Source: an uncultured archaeon | GTDB taxonomy: Archaea; Micrarchaeota; Micrarchaeia; Micrarchaeales; CABMGC01 | Length of the DNA: 32,000 bases | Assembly: GCA_963704435.1 (NCBI GenBank) | Contig: OY969902.1 | Span: 810,001-842,000, forward strand | Direction: 5' to 3' | Part shown: positions 16,947 through 26,320 of the stretch, piece by piece | Layout: each line of letters begins with the position of its first letter | How positions within the stretch are numbered: the first letter of the stretch is position 1 | The notes under the pieces: model-generated | What the model was told of the DNA's origin: nothing | Databases searched by the model: none | What the model saw: only the letters and a program-made list of their open reading frames with translations | Translations under genes and position numbers: made by a program

Positions 16947-17804
16947 ATGCAGGATTCGAAACTCCATAAGAGCATCAGGTCGCAGTCCGCGATGGAGTAC
17001 CTGATGACCTACGGATGGTCGATCCTCATAATCACGGTGATCCTGGGCGCGCTCTACAGCGTCGGCGCGTTCGGATCATCGAACCTCGGACCGCGCGCAC
17101 CTCCTGGAAACTGCAAGGTATTCCGGTCATCGGGAGAGGCCAACCTCGAGGGCACATGCGGCGGGGTCCTGCCCGAGTCAGTCGCGCAGTTCAACGGGCA
17201 GAGCAGCTACGTCAACATAGCTAACAACCCTTACATTCAACTAAACGGAGCATTTACCCTTTCATTCTGGTTGCGCGTAAATTCGGTTTCGGGAACAGGC
17301 TATGATGGTTCATTCAGCCAAGGCAATGGCTGGATTGTTTACTATGCCTGCGTAGGTGTGCTCTGTGGACCGAGTTACAAACGAGCGGACACCACGGAAC
17401 ATTCCTGGGCGAGTCCCCCCGTTCTCAATCAGTGGAAATATTATGCAGTCACTTATGACGGAAGTGGAAAATTATATTTATACGCCAATGGGAAACAGAC
17501 TAATTATTTTCCAGGAGCACTCCCGACAGATTCCGATATGTCTCCGCTACTATTCGGGCGTGGGGACGATTATGGCAATCAATTTCTTTCAAATGTCCAA
17601 ATCTACAACACCTCCCTCGACGCCAATCAGATACAGACGCTCTACATCAAGGGCATAGGCGCCGCTCCGGTGGATCCATACCACATCGTGGGCTGGTGGC
17701 CGCTCAACGCCAACGCGACCGACTACAGCGGCAACAACAACGCAGGGGTCGCGACGAACGTCATCTACACTGGCTCGTGGCTTTCGGGGTATACCCCTCC
17801 TTGA
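16947..17804 (+). CDS. Pilin-like protein: archaeal class III (type IV prepilin-like) signal peptide plus LamG/concanavalin-A-like lectin domain
   Basis: The N-terminus MQDSKLHKSIRSQSAMEYLMTYGWSILIITVILGALYSV matches the archaeal prepilin-peptidase substrate pattern (basic, Q-S/A, then a hydrophobic helix). The body (FNGQSSYVNI...FTLSFWLRV...WKYYAVTYDGSGKLYLYANG...LLFGRG...IYNTSLDANQIQTLY) matches the LamG/Laminin_G_3 pattern. Confidence 0.8.
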   Translation: MQDSKLHKSIRSQSAMEYLMTYGWSILIITVILGALYSVGAFGSSNLGPRAPPGNCKVFRSSGEANLEGTCGGVLPESVAQFNGQSSYVNIANNPYIQLNGAFTLSFWLRVNSVSGTGYDGSFSQGNGWIVYYACVGVLCGPSYKRADTTEHSWASPPVLNQWKYYAVTYDGSGKLYLYANGKQTNYFPGALPTDSDMSPLLFGRGDDYGNQFLSNVQIYNTSLDANQIQTLYIKGIGAAPVDPYHIVGWWPLNANATDYSGNNNAGVATNVIYTGSWLSGYTPP

Positions 17805-17871
17805 GCGGACCTCTGGCTTCCGCGGCGCCAGCCAATTCCGTCCTTTGCCGGATGCGTGTCGTTCGCCATGC

Positions 17872-17885
17872 ATAAATTTAAAAAA
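17872..17885 (+). promoter_or_regulatory. TATA-like AT-rich element upstream of the CG-repeat membrane protein gene
   Basis: ataaatttaaaaaa, 30-43 nt upstream of the ATG at 17915. Confidence 0.45.
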
Positions 17886-17914
17886 CTTCACATCCAGTCT
17901 TATGCAGTGGTTGG

Positions 17915-18361
17915 ATGAAATCGGAACAAAACTGGATAGCCTTCATCCTGGAGCTGGTAGGCAGTCTTGTCCTTCTCTGGACCGTGTTCGGGGGAGTCAC
18001 TATGCTGCTGCCATCGATGGCTCCTGTATGGAGTACGGCAAACGGAGGGATATGGCTTCCTTTCTTCGTGGGAATTGCGACGATAGCGTCAGTGGCGCTG
18101 TTCTTCCTGAGCTTCGCTAACCTGGCCCCAATGTGCGGATGCGGTTGCGGATGCGGCTGTGGTTGTGGACACGGGCACGGAGCAAAGAAGGCTGCGCTTG
18201 TCGCGGGAGTGACCCTTGTGGCCCTGACATGGGGCAACATGATGTGGATGGCTGGAGCGCTGATAGGCTTTGCCCTGGTCTACATCGGCATCATGTCGGC
18301 TGCGATGTCCTGCACCTGCGATGCGAGCATGCCGCAGAAGGCGCCCCCTAGGAAGAGGTAG
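17915..18361 (+). CDS. Small 4-TM membrane protein with a (Cys-Gly)6(His-Gly)2 loop
   Basis: 148-aa ORF with four hydrophobic segments. The loop between TM2 and TM3 reads PMCGCGCGCGCGCGHGHGAKK. The C-terminus has an SCTC motif and a basic tail. It has its own TATA-like element and a strong oligo-T terminator. Confidence 0.7.
   Translation: MKSEQNWIAFILELVGSLVLLWTVFGGVTMLLPSMAPVWSTANGGIWLPFFVGIATIASVALFFLSFANLAPMCGCGCGCGCGCGHGHGAKKAALVAGVTLVALTWGNMMWMAGALIGFALVYIGIMSAAMSCTCDASMPQKAPPRKR
18134..18181 (+). repeat. Hexanucleotide tandem repeat (TGY-GGN)x6 then (CAC-GGN)x2
   Basis: tgcggatgcggttgcggatgcggctgtggttgtggacacgggcacgga, in frame with the ORF (codon 74 onward). Synonymous third-position variation occurs between units. 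Confidence 0.9.
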
Positions 18362-18367
18362 GAGCTG

Positions 18368-18402
18368 TTTTTTCTTTTTCTTTTCTTTTTTTATTTTTTC
18401 CT
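18368..18402 (+). terminator. Oligo-T / polypyrimidine terminator tract
   Basis: ttttttctttttcttttctttttttattttttcct begins 7 nt after the TAG at 18359-18361. Archaeal RNA polymerase terminates at oligo-T runs. Confidence 0.6.
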
Positions 18403-18509
18403 TGCTGTCAGCTTCCGCGCCGCTTTACTGCTGTAATCCCAAATAAGGAAAGGTATTTTAGCGCAGACGGACCATTGTCTGATACAATTGAATAGCGAAG
18501 AGCGTGCTC

Positions 18510-20246
18510 ATGATGGCAAGCGTGACAGTCAGAATCGCAGGCGCGAACGGCGACGGCATAGAGTCGAGCGGAGCCCTGCTCATCAAGGTGGTCAGCAGGG
18601 GCGGCCTGCACGCCTTCGGCCACCGCGGCTACCAGTCCGTCATCAGGGGAGGCCATGTCTGGTACCAAGTGAGGGTCGGCGACGAGAAGCTGCTGAGCCA
18701 CGGCGAAGGGGCAGACCTGCTCGTCGCGCTGAACCAGGACGCGATAGTCCACCAGAAGGCACACCTCAACGGGAACGCGATCGTGGTGTACGATCCCTCG
18801 AAGGTGGACGCGGCCCCGCTCTCAGGAACGAAGTGCATGCTCGTCAAGCTGCCAATGCTCGAACTCGCAGCGAAGGCGGGTGGCAGCCCTGTCATGAAGA
18901 ACACCGTGGCTGTGGGTGCGGTGCTGGGATTCCTCGGCGTGAGCGCGGACCTGATGGCCGAGGTGCTGAAGGACATGTTCGCGGCAAAGGGCCAGAAGGT
19001 GGTCGACGGAAATATCGCAGCCGCCGCGGCGGGCTACGGGTATGAGGGCGTCAGGCAGTCGTACCACCTGAAGGGAGACGGCGTGCGGAGGTACGTCGTC
19101 GACGGGAATTCCGCGCTCGCGGTCGGCGCTTACGCCGGAGGATGCAAGTTCTATTCCGCTTACCCGATGACTCCGGCGAGCGGCATAATGCATTGGTTCG
19201 CGGCCCACGAGAATGTCGGAGTAATGTTCAAGCAGGCCGAGGACGAGATCGCAGCGATCAACATGGCGATTGGTGCGTCGCAGGCCGGTGCGAGGGCCAT
19301 GTGCGGGACCAGCGGAGGAGGGTTCTCGCTGATGGTCGAGGCGCTCGGCCTGGCCGGAATGCTCGAGACGCCGCTGGTGGTGGTGGACTCGCAGAGGACC
19401 GGGCCCAGCACGGGTCTTCCGAGCAAGACCGAGCAGGGCGACCTGCTGTTCGCGATGCACGCATCGCAGGGCGAGTTCCCGAGGGTAGTGGTCGCGCCGA
19501 GGAGCGTTGACGAGTGCTTCAGGATAGCCGGAGAGGCGTTCAACCTCGCGGACAGGTATCAGTGTCCGGTCATCATACTATCGGACCAGTATCTCTCCGA
19601 GCACGTGGAGACCGTGGACGGGTTCGACGGCCCGTCCGCGATAGACAGGGGCAAGATTGCCGCGCGCGGAGACGGCGAAGGCAGGTTCAAGAGGTACCTG
19701 CTCACGGAAGACGGGGTCTCGCCAAGGTCGTTCCCGGGTATGCCGGGCCTCGAGTTCCTGGCAACGAGCTACGAGCATGACGAGTACGGCGGAGTCGTCA
19801 GCGACGTCCTGTCGGGGCTCGATGAGCACGTGGAGATGCGGAGGAAGATGCATGACAAGAGGATGAGGAAGATAGTCACGATGCTCAGCAAGGAGAGCGT
19901 GTTCGCGCCTAGCGTCGAGAACGAGGGCGCGGACTTCTTCCTTGTCGCGTTCGGCTCGACCGCGGAGCCTGCCACCGAGGCGCTCGGCCTTCTGAAGAAG
20001 AGGGGCCTGAACGCAGGCCTGATATCCTTCAGCTACCTGATGCCGCTGGACAGGGCGAAGACGAGGGGCGTCCTGCTGGGCAAGAGGCTCATCGGAGTGG
20101 AATGCAACTCGACCGCTCAGCTCGCGCAGCTGATAATGGTGGAGACGGGCGTGGAGATGAGGGACAGGATACTGAAGTACGACGGCGAGGCGTTCACGGC
20201 CGAGGAGATCGCCGCGCGCGCCGAGGAGATCGCAGGTAGGAGATAG
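18510..20246 (+). CDS. 2-oxoacid:ferredoxin oxidoreductase, alpha subunit (fused gamma-alpha type)
   Basis: About 578 aa. The N-terminal gamma-like domain (VRIAGANGDGIESSG...HAFGHRGYQSVIRGG) is followed by the alpha domain with YPMTPAS. It is tightly coupled to the beta subunit (stop at 20246, next ATG at 20248). GTG at 18504 is an alternative start. Confidence 0.9.
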   Translation: MMASVTVRIAGANGDGIESSGALLIKVVSRGGLHAFGHRGYQSVIRGGHVWYQVRVGDEKLLSHGEGADLLVALNQDAIVHQKAHLNGNAIVVYDPSKVDAAPLSGTKCMLVKLPMLELAAKAGGSPVMKNTVAVGAVLGFLGVSADLMAEVLKDMFAAKGQKVVDGNIAAAAAGYGYEGVRQSYHLKGDGVRRYVVDGNSALAVGAYAGGCKFYSAYPMTPASGIMHWFAAHENVGVMFKQAEDEIAAINMAIGASQAGARAMCGTSGGGFSLMVEALGLAGMLETPLVVVDSQRTGPSTGLPSKTEQGDLLFAMHASQGEFPRVVVAPRSVDECFRIAGEAFNLADRYQCPVIILSDQYLSEHVETVDGFDGPSAIDRGKIAARGDGEGRFKRYLLTEDGVSPRSFPGMPGLEFLATSYEHDEYGGVVSDVLSGLDEHVEMRRKMHDKRMRKIVTMLSKESVFAPSVENEGADFFLVAFGSTAEPATEALGLLKKRGLNAGLISFSYLMPLDRAKTRGVLLGKRLIGVECNSTAQLAQLIMVETGVEMRDRILKYDGEAFTAEEIAARAEEIAGRR

Positions 20247-20247
20247 C

Positions 20248-21111
20248 ATGGCGAACGACTACGTTTCAGAGAGAAGGCCGGTATGGTGCCCGGGATGCGG
20301 CAACTACGCGATCGGCGCAGCGCTGGCCAAGGCGCTCGCGGACCTCCAGGCAGATAGGAGCCGCGTGCTCATCGTGTCGGGCATAGGCTGCGGCTCGGAG
20401 ATGCCGCACTCGTTCAGCACCTATGGCATCGACAGCCTCCACGGCAGGCTGCTTCCAATCGCCGAGGGCGCCAAGCTCGCGAACGGAGAGCTCACCGTTG
20501 TCGCATCGGGCGGCGACGGCGACTGCTACGGCATAGGCGCAGGTCACTTGATCCACGCCGCGAGAAGGAACATAAACATCACGCTTATCGTCAGCAACAA
20601 CGAGCTCTACGGCCTGACTACGGGTCAGGCGTCCCCCACGACGAAGATGGGGACCAAGACGAAATCGACACCGTTCGGCGACATAGAGCGCCCGCTGAAC
20701 CCACTGGCGCTCGCGATAAGCGCTGGCGCCACTTACGTGGCGAGGGCGTTCGCCGGGGACCCGCAGCAGATGTCTGAGCTTATGCTTAACGGCATAGGGC
20801 ACAGGGGCTTCTCGATCATAGACGTGCTGAGCCCGTGCGTGACCTTCACAGGGCAGCAGGCGTATGACCTGCTCAGGAAGAAGGTCTACAAAGTCGGGCA
20901 GGACCACGACCGGTCCAATGTCGCGTCGGCGATGCAGAAGGCGCTGGAGTGCGACCTGACCGGCTGGGAGAAGGTGCCAACTGGCCTGATCTACGAGACC
21001 GAGGTACCGACGTACGAGGACCTCGACGTCGCGCTGAAGAAGGGTCCCCTCATAAGCCAGCCGCTTCCGGGAAGAGAAGACGTGTCCGCGGTCATGGACG
21101 AGCTCAGGTAG
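20248..21111 (+). CDS. 2-oxoacid:ferredoxin oxidoreductase, beta subunit (TPP/Fe-S binding)
   Basis: 287 aa with WCPGCGNYAI, GIGCGS and the TPP-binding GGDGDCYGIGAGH...NNELYGLTTGQ motifs. Confidence 0.9.
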   Translation: MANDYVSERRPVWCPGCGNYAIGAALAKALADLQADRSRVLIVSGIGCGSEMPHSFSTYGIDSLHGRLLPIAEGAKLANGELTVVASGGDGDCYGIGAGHLIHAARRNINITLIVSNNELYGLTTGQASPTTKMGTKTKSTPFGDIERPLNPLALAISAGATYVARAFAGDPQQMSELMLNGIGHRGFSIIDVLSPCVTFTGQQAYDLLRKKVYKVGQDHDRSNVASAMQKALECDLTGWEKVPTGLIYETEVPTYEDLDVALKKGPLISQPLPGREDVSAVMDELR

Positions 21112-21153
21112 CTCCGCAGCGCCAGCGCCAAAGTATTAAAAGCAAGGCGTTGT

Positions 21154-22158
21154 ATGAAAGGCATGTACGCCAACAAGGCGCTCGCCGTATTTTTTGCAGC
21201 GATCCTCACAATATCCCTTGCCGGTGCAGCGAATTATAGCAATACTCTAACCACTTCCTTACTTACCACAACACGCACTACAACTTTGAATACTACCACA
21301 TCGACTCGCACCACTACCATAACCACAATACCCACGACCGTCTATACGACGCTGCCTACGACATCGCGTACTACGACCGTGAATACTACTACCATACTCC
21401 CAACATCGACTCGCACCACCACCGTCAACACAACAACCACAATCATTCCCGCAAATACCCTCCATGCAAACGCCACTACAACAAAGACCTCTTCAACAAC
21501 TTCAGCCACAACTTCCGTACGCTATAATGCAACAACCACGGTCCCTCCCAATACCAACACAATTCGCATAAATACTACGACAATCGCGACCACCACGATA
21601 CCACAGACCGCGATAGGCGCCAACTCCATTGTGATGATTACAGTGTCTCCTTCACAAGTAGGACAGACTATAATCAATGGTTCATTCGCCGTCGAACCCA
21701 CCAACTTCATCATCATCAACGGAGTTCCGACAATCACTATGTATGTGCTATACAATGGTTTGATTGTGAACACTAGCGTCATGACGCCATACCTTGAGAG
21801 GACGTTTCTGGTAAGCAACCATGTGCTCTATGTCCTGTTTGCTCCGCTCACAACTACGACCGTAAACGTTACCACCGCTTACACGACCCTTCCAACGACA
21901 ACGGTACAGACTGGTCAAACCAGCGTTGTGACGACCGTGCTTCCCACCTCTACCACGGCTCCCATAACCAAGGCCCCCGTTAGCACTGTAGTGACCACCG
22001 TTCCCGCGAGTGCGGCGCAGAATTTGACTAGTTCTGTGAGGACTAGTACGATGACGACCGTGAATGCGACTAATGTAACAGTCGCAACTTCCCCCACTTT
22101 GGGCGGAGTCTTCGTGCCGATCATAAACTTCTTCAAGAGGCTGTTTGGATTCATCTGA
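21154..22158 (+). CDS. Secreted Thr-rich, sequon-dense (mucin-like) repeat protein
   Basis: Signal-peptide-like N-terminus (KALAVFFAAILTISLAGAA), long poly-Thr tracts with many N-x-T sequons, and a hydrophobic C-terminus (GGVFVPIINFFKRLFGFI). The start may be the second ATG at 21163, because the tattaaaa element at 21134-21141 is only about 13-20 nt from 21154. Confidence 0.7.
   Translation: MKGMYANKALAVFFAAILTISLAGAANYSNTLTTSLLTTTRTTTLNTTTSTRTTTITTIPTTVYTTLPTTSRTTTVNTTTILPTSTRTTTVNTTTTIIPANTLHANATTTKTSSTTSATTSVRYNATTTVPPNTNTIRINTTTIATTTIPQTAIGANSIVMITVSPSQVGQTIINGSFAVEPTNFIIINGVPTITMYVLYNGLIVNTSVMTPYLERTFLVSNHVLYVLFAPLTTTTVNVTTAYTTLPTTTVQTGQTSVVTTVLPTSTTAPITKAPVSTVVTTVPASAAQNLTSSVRTSTMTTVNATNVTVATSPTLGGVFVPIINFFKRLFGFI
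21265..21450 (+). repeat. Internal tandem coding repeats (about 105-nt period) in the Thr-rich gene
   Basis: The identical 17-mer acatcgactcgcaccac occurs at 21298-21314 and 21403-21419 (peptide TSTRTTT, 35 aa apart). Related RTTT(L/I/V)NTTT units surround them. Confidence 0.75.
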
Positions 22159-22165
22159 TGAGGAC

Positions 22166-22786
22166 TCATCTCTGAGACTTCGCCAGCCTCTTCTTGACGT
22201 GCTTCAGCGAGGAGAACGTGTCCCTGTCTATCTCGTTAAGCGTGAAGGAGATGCTTGCCGCCTGCTTCTTCATGTTCGGCATGACTATGTTCTCCAAGGC
22301 GTTTACCCTCCTCTTCACCTTGTCTATCTCGATGACGAGCCTCCTCAGACCCTGCTCCCTCCTCGCGATCTCCACCACCATCCTCTTGACCTCCCCGAAC
22401 GCATCCTCGACGTCGCTGACCGCGACGCTGGTCTGCAGCGCAGCCCCCTGCCGCGCGTGGCCGAACCGCTCCTCTATGATCGGTATCCTGACGCCCATCA
22501 CATTAACTATCCCGAGGCTCACCCCGCTGGTGTCGCCCATCTGCGCCGCGGCTTGCTCGAGCTCGAAGTCCCCTGAGAACGTGGACGCTATCGCGGTGGT
22601 CTTGTAGGCGGCGCCCAGCACCTCCTGCAGCCTGCCCCTGTCCGCCTCCGACTTCTGGAGGATCTTGAAGAACTCGATGACGAGCGCCTCCCTCTTCTTC
22701 TTGAGGAGGGCGTGGCCCTTGCCCGCGAGCTTGGCGCTCTTCTTCAGGTTTATCAGGTTCATCCGCGTCGGGTTGATCCTCGCCAT
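22166..22786 (-). CDS. atpD: A-type ATP synthase subunit D
   Basis: The internal ATG gives [35 protein letters not shown], a typical V/A-type D subunit N-terminus. The ATG shares 1 nt with the atpB stop (TGATG). The longer track ORF (to 22882) lies inside atpB. Confidence 0.9.
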   Translation of the reverse strand: MARINPTRMNLINLKKSAKLAGKGHALLKKKREALVIEFFKILQKSEADRGRLQEVLGAAYKTTAIASTFSGDFELEQAAAQMGDTSGVSLGIVNVMGVRIPIIEERFGHARQGAALQTSVAVSDVEDAFGEVKRMVVEIARREQGLRRLVIEIDKVKRRVNALENIVMPNMKKQAASISFTLNEIDRDTFSSLKHVKKRLAKSQR

Positions 22787-24177
22787 CACTTCTCGCCCTT
22801 GCGCTTCGGGAGGTACTTGTCGATGTATTCCTTCTTGATCCTCGTCAGTTCCTCCTCCGGCAGTCCTGACAGGAGTTCCCATCCGATCTGCAGGGTCTTC
22901 TCTATGTTCCTGTCCTCGTACTCGCCCTGGTTTATGAACCTCTTCTCGAACTCGTTGCCGAAGCCGAGGTACAGCTTGTCGCCCTCGCTCAGCGCCTCCG
23001 CCCCGATTATCGCGCTCAGGTTCCTCGCCTCCTGCGCCCTCGAGTACGCTCCGGCGAGCTGGTCCGCGACTCCCCTGTGGTCCTCCCTCGTCTTCCCTGC
23101 TCCGATTCCGCTTCCCATGAGCCTCGACAGCGACCCGATCGGGTTGACAGGAGGGTAGAGGCCCTTGTTGCCCAGCCCCCTGTCCAGGTATATCTGGCCC
23201 TCGGTGATGTATCCCGTCAGGTCGGGTATCGGGTGGGTGACGTCGTCTCCCGGCATGGTGAGTATGTTCAGCTGGGTTATGCTCCCCTTCTTTCCGCTCA
23301 CGACTCCCGCCCTCTCGTATATGTTCGCGAGGTCCGTGTACATGTATCCTGGGTAGCCCCTCCTTCCAGGGACCTCCTCCCTCGCGCTCGCGAGCTCCCT
23401 GAGCGACTCGCAGTAGTTCGTCATGTCCGTCAGCATGACCAGAACGTGCATGCCCCTCTCGTACGCGAGGAACTCCGCTGTCGTCAGCGCAAGCCTAGGG
23501 GTGAGTATCCTCTCGATGCTCGGGTCGTCTGCGAGGTTGATGAACGCGACCGTCCTCTCCAGCGATCCCGTCTTCCTGAAGTTCTCTATGAAGTAGGACG
23601 CGTCGTCGTACGTGACGCCGATCCCCGCGAAGACCACGGCGAACTTCTCGCTCATGTTCTTGACCTTCGCCTGCCGCGCGATCTGAGCCGCGAGCTGGTT
23701 GTGCGGCAGTCCCGCGCCCGAGAATATCGGGAGCTTCTGTCCCCTGACCAGGGTCATCATGCAGTCGATCGTCGACACTCCCGTCTCAATGAAGTCGCTG
23801 GGCATCTGCCTCGCCACCGGATTCATGGGCTCCCCGTTTATGTCCCTCTTCTCTCCGCCGAGCATCTCTGCCCCGCCGTCCTTCGGCTTGCCCTGCCCGT
23901 TGAATATCCTACCGAGCATGTCGTCGCTTACGTGGGTCATGAACGTCTCGCCAAGGAAGCTCACAGAGGTGGTCTCGACGTTTATCCCGCTGGTCGGCCC
24001 GAAGACCTGCACCACGGCGTAGCCGTCCGCGCTCTCGAGCACCTGCCCGAGCTTGCTCTCCCCGTTCGCCAGGTTGATCCTGACTATCTCGCCGTAGGCT
24101 GCGTTCCTGACGCTGCTCACCACTATGAGCGGCCCCGCCACGCGGTCAATCGTCTTGTATTCCACATCGAATTTCAT
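22786..24177 (-). CDS. atpB: A-type ATP synthase subunit B
   Basis: 463 aa with the characteristic [15 protein letters not shown] motif. The start overlaps the atpA stop (ATGA). Confidence 0.95.
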   Translation of the reverse strand: MKFDVEYKTIDRVAGPLIVVSSVRNAAYGEIVRINLANGESKLGQVLESADGYAVVQVFGPTSGINVETTSVSFLGETFMTHVSDDMLGRIFNGQGKPKDGGAEMLGGEKRDINGEPMNPVARQMPSDFIETGVSTIDCMMTLVRGQKLPIFSGAGLPHNQLAAQIARQAKVKNMSEKFAVVFAGIGVTYDDASYFIENFRKTGSLERTVAFINLADDPSIERILTPRLALTTAEFLAYERGMHVLVMLTDMTNYCESLRELASAREEVPGRRGYPGYMYTDLANIYERAGVVSGKKGSITQLNILTMPGDDVTHPIPDLTGYITEGQIYLDRGLGNKGLYPPVNPIGSLSRLMGSGIGAGKTREDHRGVADQLAGAYSRAQEARNLSAIIGAEALSEGDKLYLGFGNEFEKRFINQGEYEDRNIEKTLQIGWELLSGLPEEELTRIKKEYIDKYLPKRKGEK

Positions 24178-25958
24178 TCGCTCACCTTCTCCTCAGCAAT
24201 GGCCTCCTCCTTCACCATCTTCCCGAACTCAGTGTCGATATCGCCGGTTACGGCCTTCGACTCGCCGTCGATCGAGTGCTCCCTGACCTCCTTCATCCTG
24301 GCCAGCCTGCCCCTTACCGCGGCCTTCATTATCTTGTCCGCGCTCACGCCCTTCCCTGCGGCATCGGCGGCCATGTCGCTGAAGTGCAGTATCGCCTTGA
24401 GCATCAGGTCCTGCTTCTTCAGGCTCGTGTACGCGTCGACCTCCTCGTACGCGTTCTGCCTCAGGAAGCTCTCCCTGAGCATCCTGCCGACCTCGAGCAC
24501 TATCCTTTCGCTGTCCGGCAGCGCGTCCGCGCCCACGAGCTGGACTATATCCTTGAGGTCCGCCTCCTTCTGAAGCAGAGTCATCGCCTGCTTCCTCAGC
24601 CCGCCGAACTCCGGGCTGACGTTCTCGGAGTACCACTTGTCAAGCGCGTTGATGTAGAGCGAGTAGCTCGTGAGCCAGTTTATCGCCGGGAAGTGCTTGG
24701 CCCCGGCGAGCGACGCGTCCAGCGCCCAGAATGTCTTTATGACCCTGAGCGTGCCTTGCGACACCGGCTCGGACAGGTCGCCTCCCGGCGGCGATATGGA
24801 TCCAACAACGGTTATCGATCCCATCGCGCCGCTGAGCGTCATGACCCTCCCGGCCCTCTCGTAGAACTCGGCTAGCCTCTTGGGCAGGTATGCGGGATAT
24901 CCCTCCTCGCCAGGCATCTCCTCGAGCCTTGCGGATATCTCCCTCATCGCCTCGGCCCATCTCGATGTCGAGTCGGCCATGAGCGCGACGTCGTAGCCCA
25001 TGTCCCTGAAGTACTCGGCCATGGTTATGCTGGTGTAGACGCTAGCCTCCCTCGCGGCCACCGGCATGTTGCTCGTGTTAGCTATGAGTATCGTACGTTC
25101 CATGAGCGGCCTGCCCGTCTTCGGGTCCTTGAGCTCCGGGAACTCGACCAGCACGTCGGTCATCTCATTGCCCCTCTCCCCGCATCCGACGTAAACCACT
25201 ATGTCCGCGTCGGCGTATTTCGCTATCTGGTGCAGCGTGACGGTCTTCCCGCTCCCGAACGGGCCTGGAACGCCCGCTACGCCTCCCTTCGCGACCGGGA
25301 ACAGCGTGTCTATGATCCTCTGGCCGGTCAGCAGCGGGACGTTCGCGGCTATCTTGTCCGCGAACTTCGATCCGGTCCTCACCGACCGGGTCTGCAGCAT
25401 CGTTATCACGACCTTGCCCTTCGCGGTTCTAACAGAGGCGACCTCGCTCTCCACGGTGAACGTCCCCTCCCTTATGTGCTCGATCGTGCCCGAGACTCCG
25501 TAGGGCACCATTATCCTGTGCTTTATCAGCTCGGTCTCCTGCACGTATCCGAGCACCTGGCCCTCCTTGACCCTCGTGCCCTTCTTGACTCCCTTCTCGA
25601 CGTGGAAGTGCCACTTCTTCTTCCTGTCTATGGCGTTTATCGCTATGCCTCGCGCTATGAAATCCCCGCTCCTGTCCCTGATGACGTCGAGCGGCCTCTG
25701 CACCCCGTCAAATATCTTCGACAGCAGGCCCGGCCCCAGCTCCACCGAGAGCGGCTTGCCCGTCGAGGTCACCTCCTCGCCCGGCCTGACCCCGCTGGTG
25801 TCCTCGTAGACCTGTATGACTGCCCTGTCCTTCTCCAGCCGTATTATCTCGCCTATGAGCTTTGCTGACCCGACCTTCACGACGTCGTACATGCTGCTTC
25901 CGAGCATGCCCTTCGCGACTACGAGCGGTCCCGCGATTCTCTCTATTGTTTCCATCAT
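24174..25958 (-). CDS. atpA: A-type ATP synthase catalytic subunit A
   Basis: About 594 aa with Walker [10 protein letters not shown]. The length is normal, so there is no intein. ATG at 25958; GTG at 25964 is the alternative start used by the track. Confidence 0.95.
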   Translation of the reverse strand: MMETIERIAGPLVVAKGMLGSSMYDVVKVGSAKLIGEIIRLEKDRAVIQVYEDTSGVRPGEEVTSTGKPLSVELGPGLLSKIFDGVQRPLDVIRDRSGDFIARGIAINAIDRKKKWHFHVEKGVKKGTRVKEGQVLGYVQETELIKHRIMVPYGVSGTIEHIREGTFTVESEVASVRTAKGKVVITMLQTRSVRTGSKFADKIAANVPLLTGQRIIDTLFPVAKGGVAGVPGPFGSGKTVTLHQIAKYADADIVVYVGCGERGNEMTDVLVEFPELKDPKTGRPLMERTILIANTSNMPVAAREASVYTSITMAEYFRDMGYDVALMADSTSRWAEAMREISARLEEMPGEEGYPAYLPKRLAEFYERAGRVMTLSGAMGSITVVGSISPPGGDLSEPVSQGTLRVIKTFWALDASLAGAKHFPAINWLTSYSLYINALDKWYSENVSPEFGGLRKQAMTLLQKEADLKDIVQLVGADALPDSERIVLEVGRMLRESFLRQNAYEEVDAYTSLKKQDLMLKAILHFSDMAADAAGKGVSADKIMKAAVRGRLARMKEVREHSIDGESKAVTGDIDTEFGKMVKEEAIAEEKVSE

Positions 25959-25960
25959 AA

Positions 25961-26320
25961 TCACTTCTTGTTTTTGTCCGCAGCCATCAGGTCGATGCCG
26001 ACGGCCCTGAGTATCAATTTCCTGAGCGAGTCCGCGTGGGTCTCCTTCTGCCCGTATCCCGATACCGAGATGACCACGGGGTCGAGCGAGTTCTCTATCC
26101 TGTGGAGCAGCCTCCTGTCCTTGACCCTTGATATTGCGTCCTCGCTGGCTATTATTATGCCCACGTCCTTGCGCTCGAACAGGTCCGAGAGCAGCCTGTC
26201 CGGCTCCTCGCCCTTGCTGAGCGGGTAGGTCTCCTTCACTCCCGACAGCTTCAGGCCCAGGGACAGCAGCTGGTCCCCCACGACGACCATCCTCTTGATC
26301 TGAGAGTTCACTTGAACCAT
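25961..26320 (-). CDS. atpF: A-type ATP synthase subunit F
   Basis: 119 aa at the position between C and A. A GGAGG Shine-Dalgarno sequence lies 9 nt upstream of the ATG at 26320, inside the atpC 3' end, giving a 13-nt overlap. ATG at 26290 is an alternative start. Confidence 0.8.
   Translation of the reverse strand: MVQVNSQIKRMVVVGDQLLSLGLKLSGVKETYPLSKGEEPDRLLSDLFERKDVGIIIASEDAISRVKDRRLLHRIENSLDPVVISVSGYGQKETHADSLRKLILRAVGIDLMAADKNKK

Noticed and set aside
16952-16960. ggattcgaa string resembling the tRNA T-arm, considered as a possible att repeat
   Set aside because: Only 9 nt match, the string lies inside the pilin-like gene N-terminus, and there is no extended identity to the tRNA-Ala 3' half.
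18488-20249. 185-aa plus-strand off-frame ORF and 212/223-aa minus-strand ORFs within the oxidoreductase alpha gene
   Set aside because: They overlap a gene with clear family motifs and have Arg-rich artefact composition.
23077-24573. 498-aa plus-strand ORF across atpB/atpA
   Set aside because: It is antisense to two unmistakable ATP synthase subunits and has an Arg/Pro/Leu-rich composition, so it is a high-GC artefact.
24174-25964. Possible intein in atpA
   Set aside because: The protein length (about 594 aa) and the contiguous motifs around the P-loop show no insertion.
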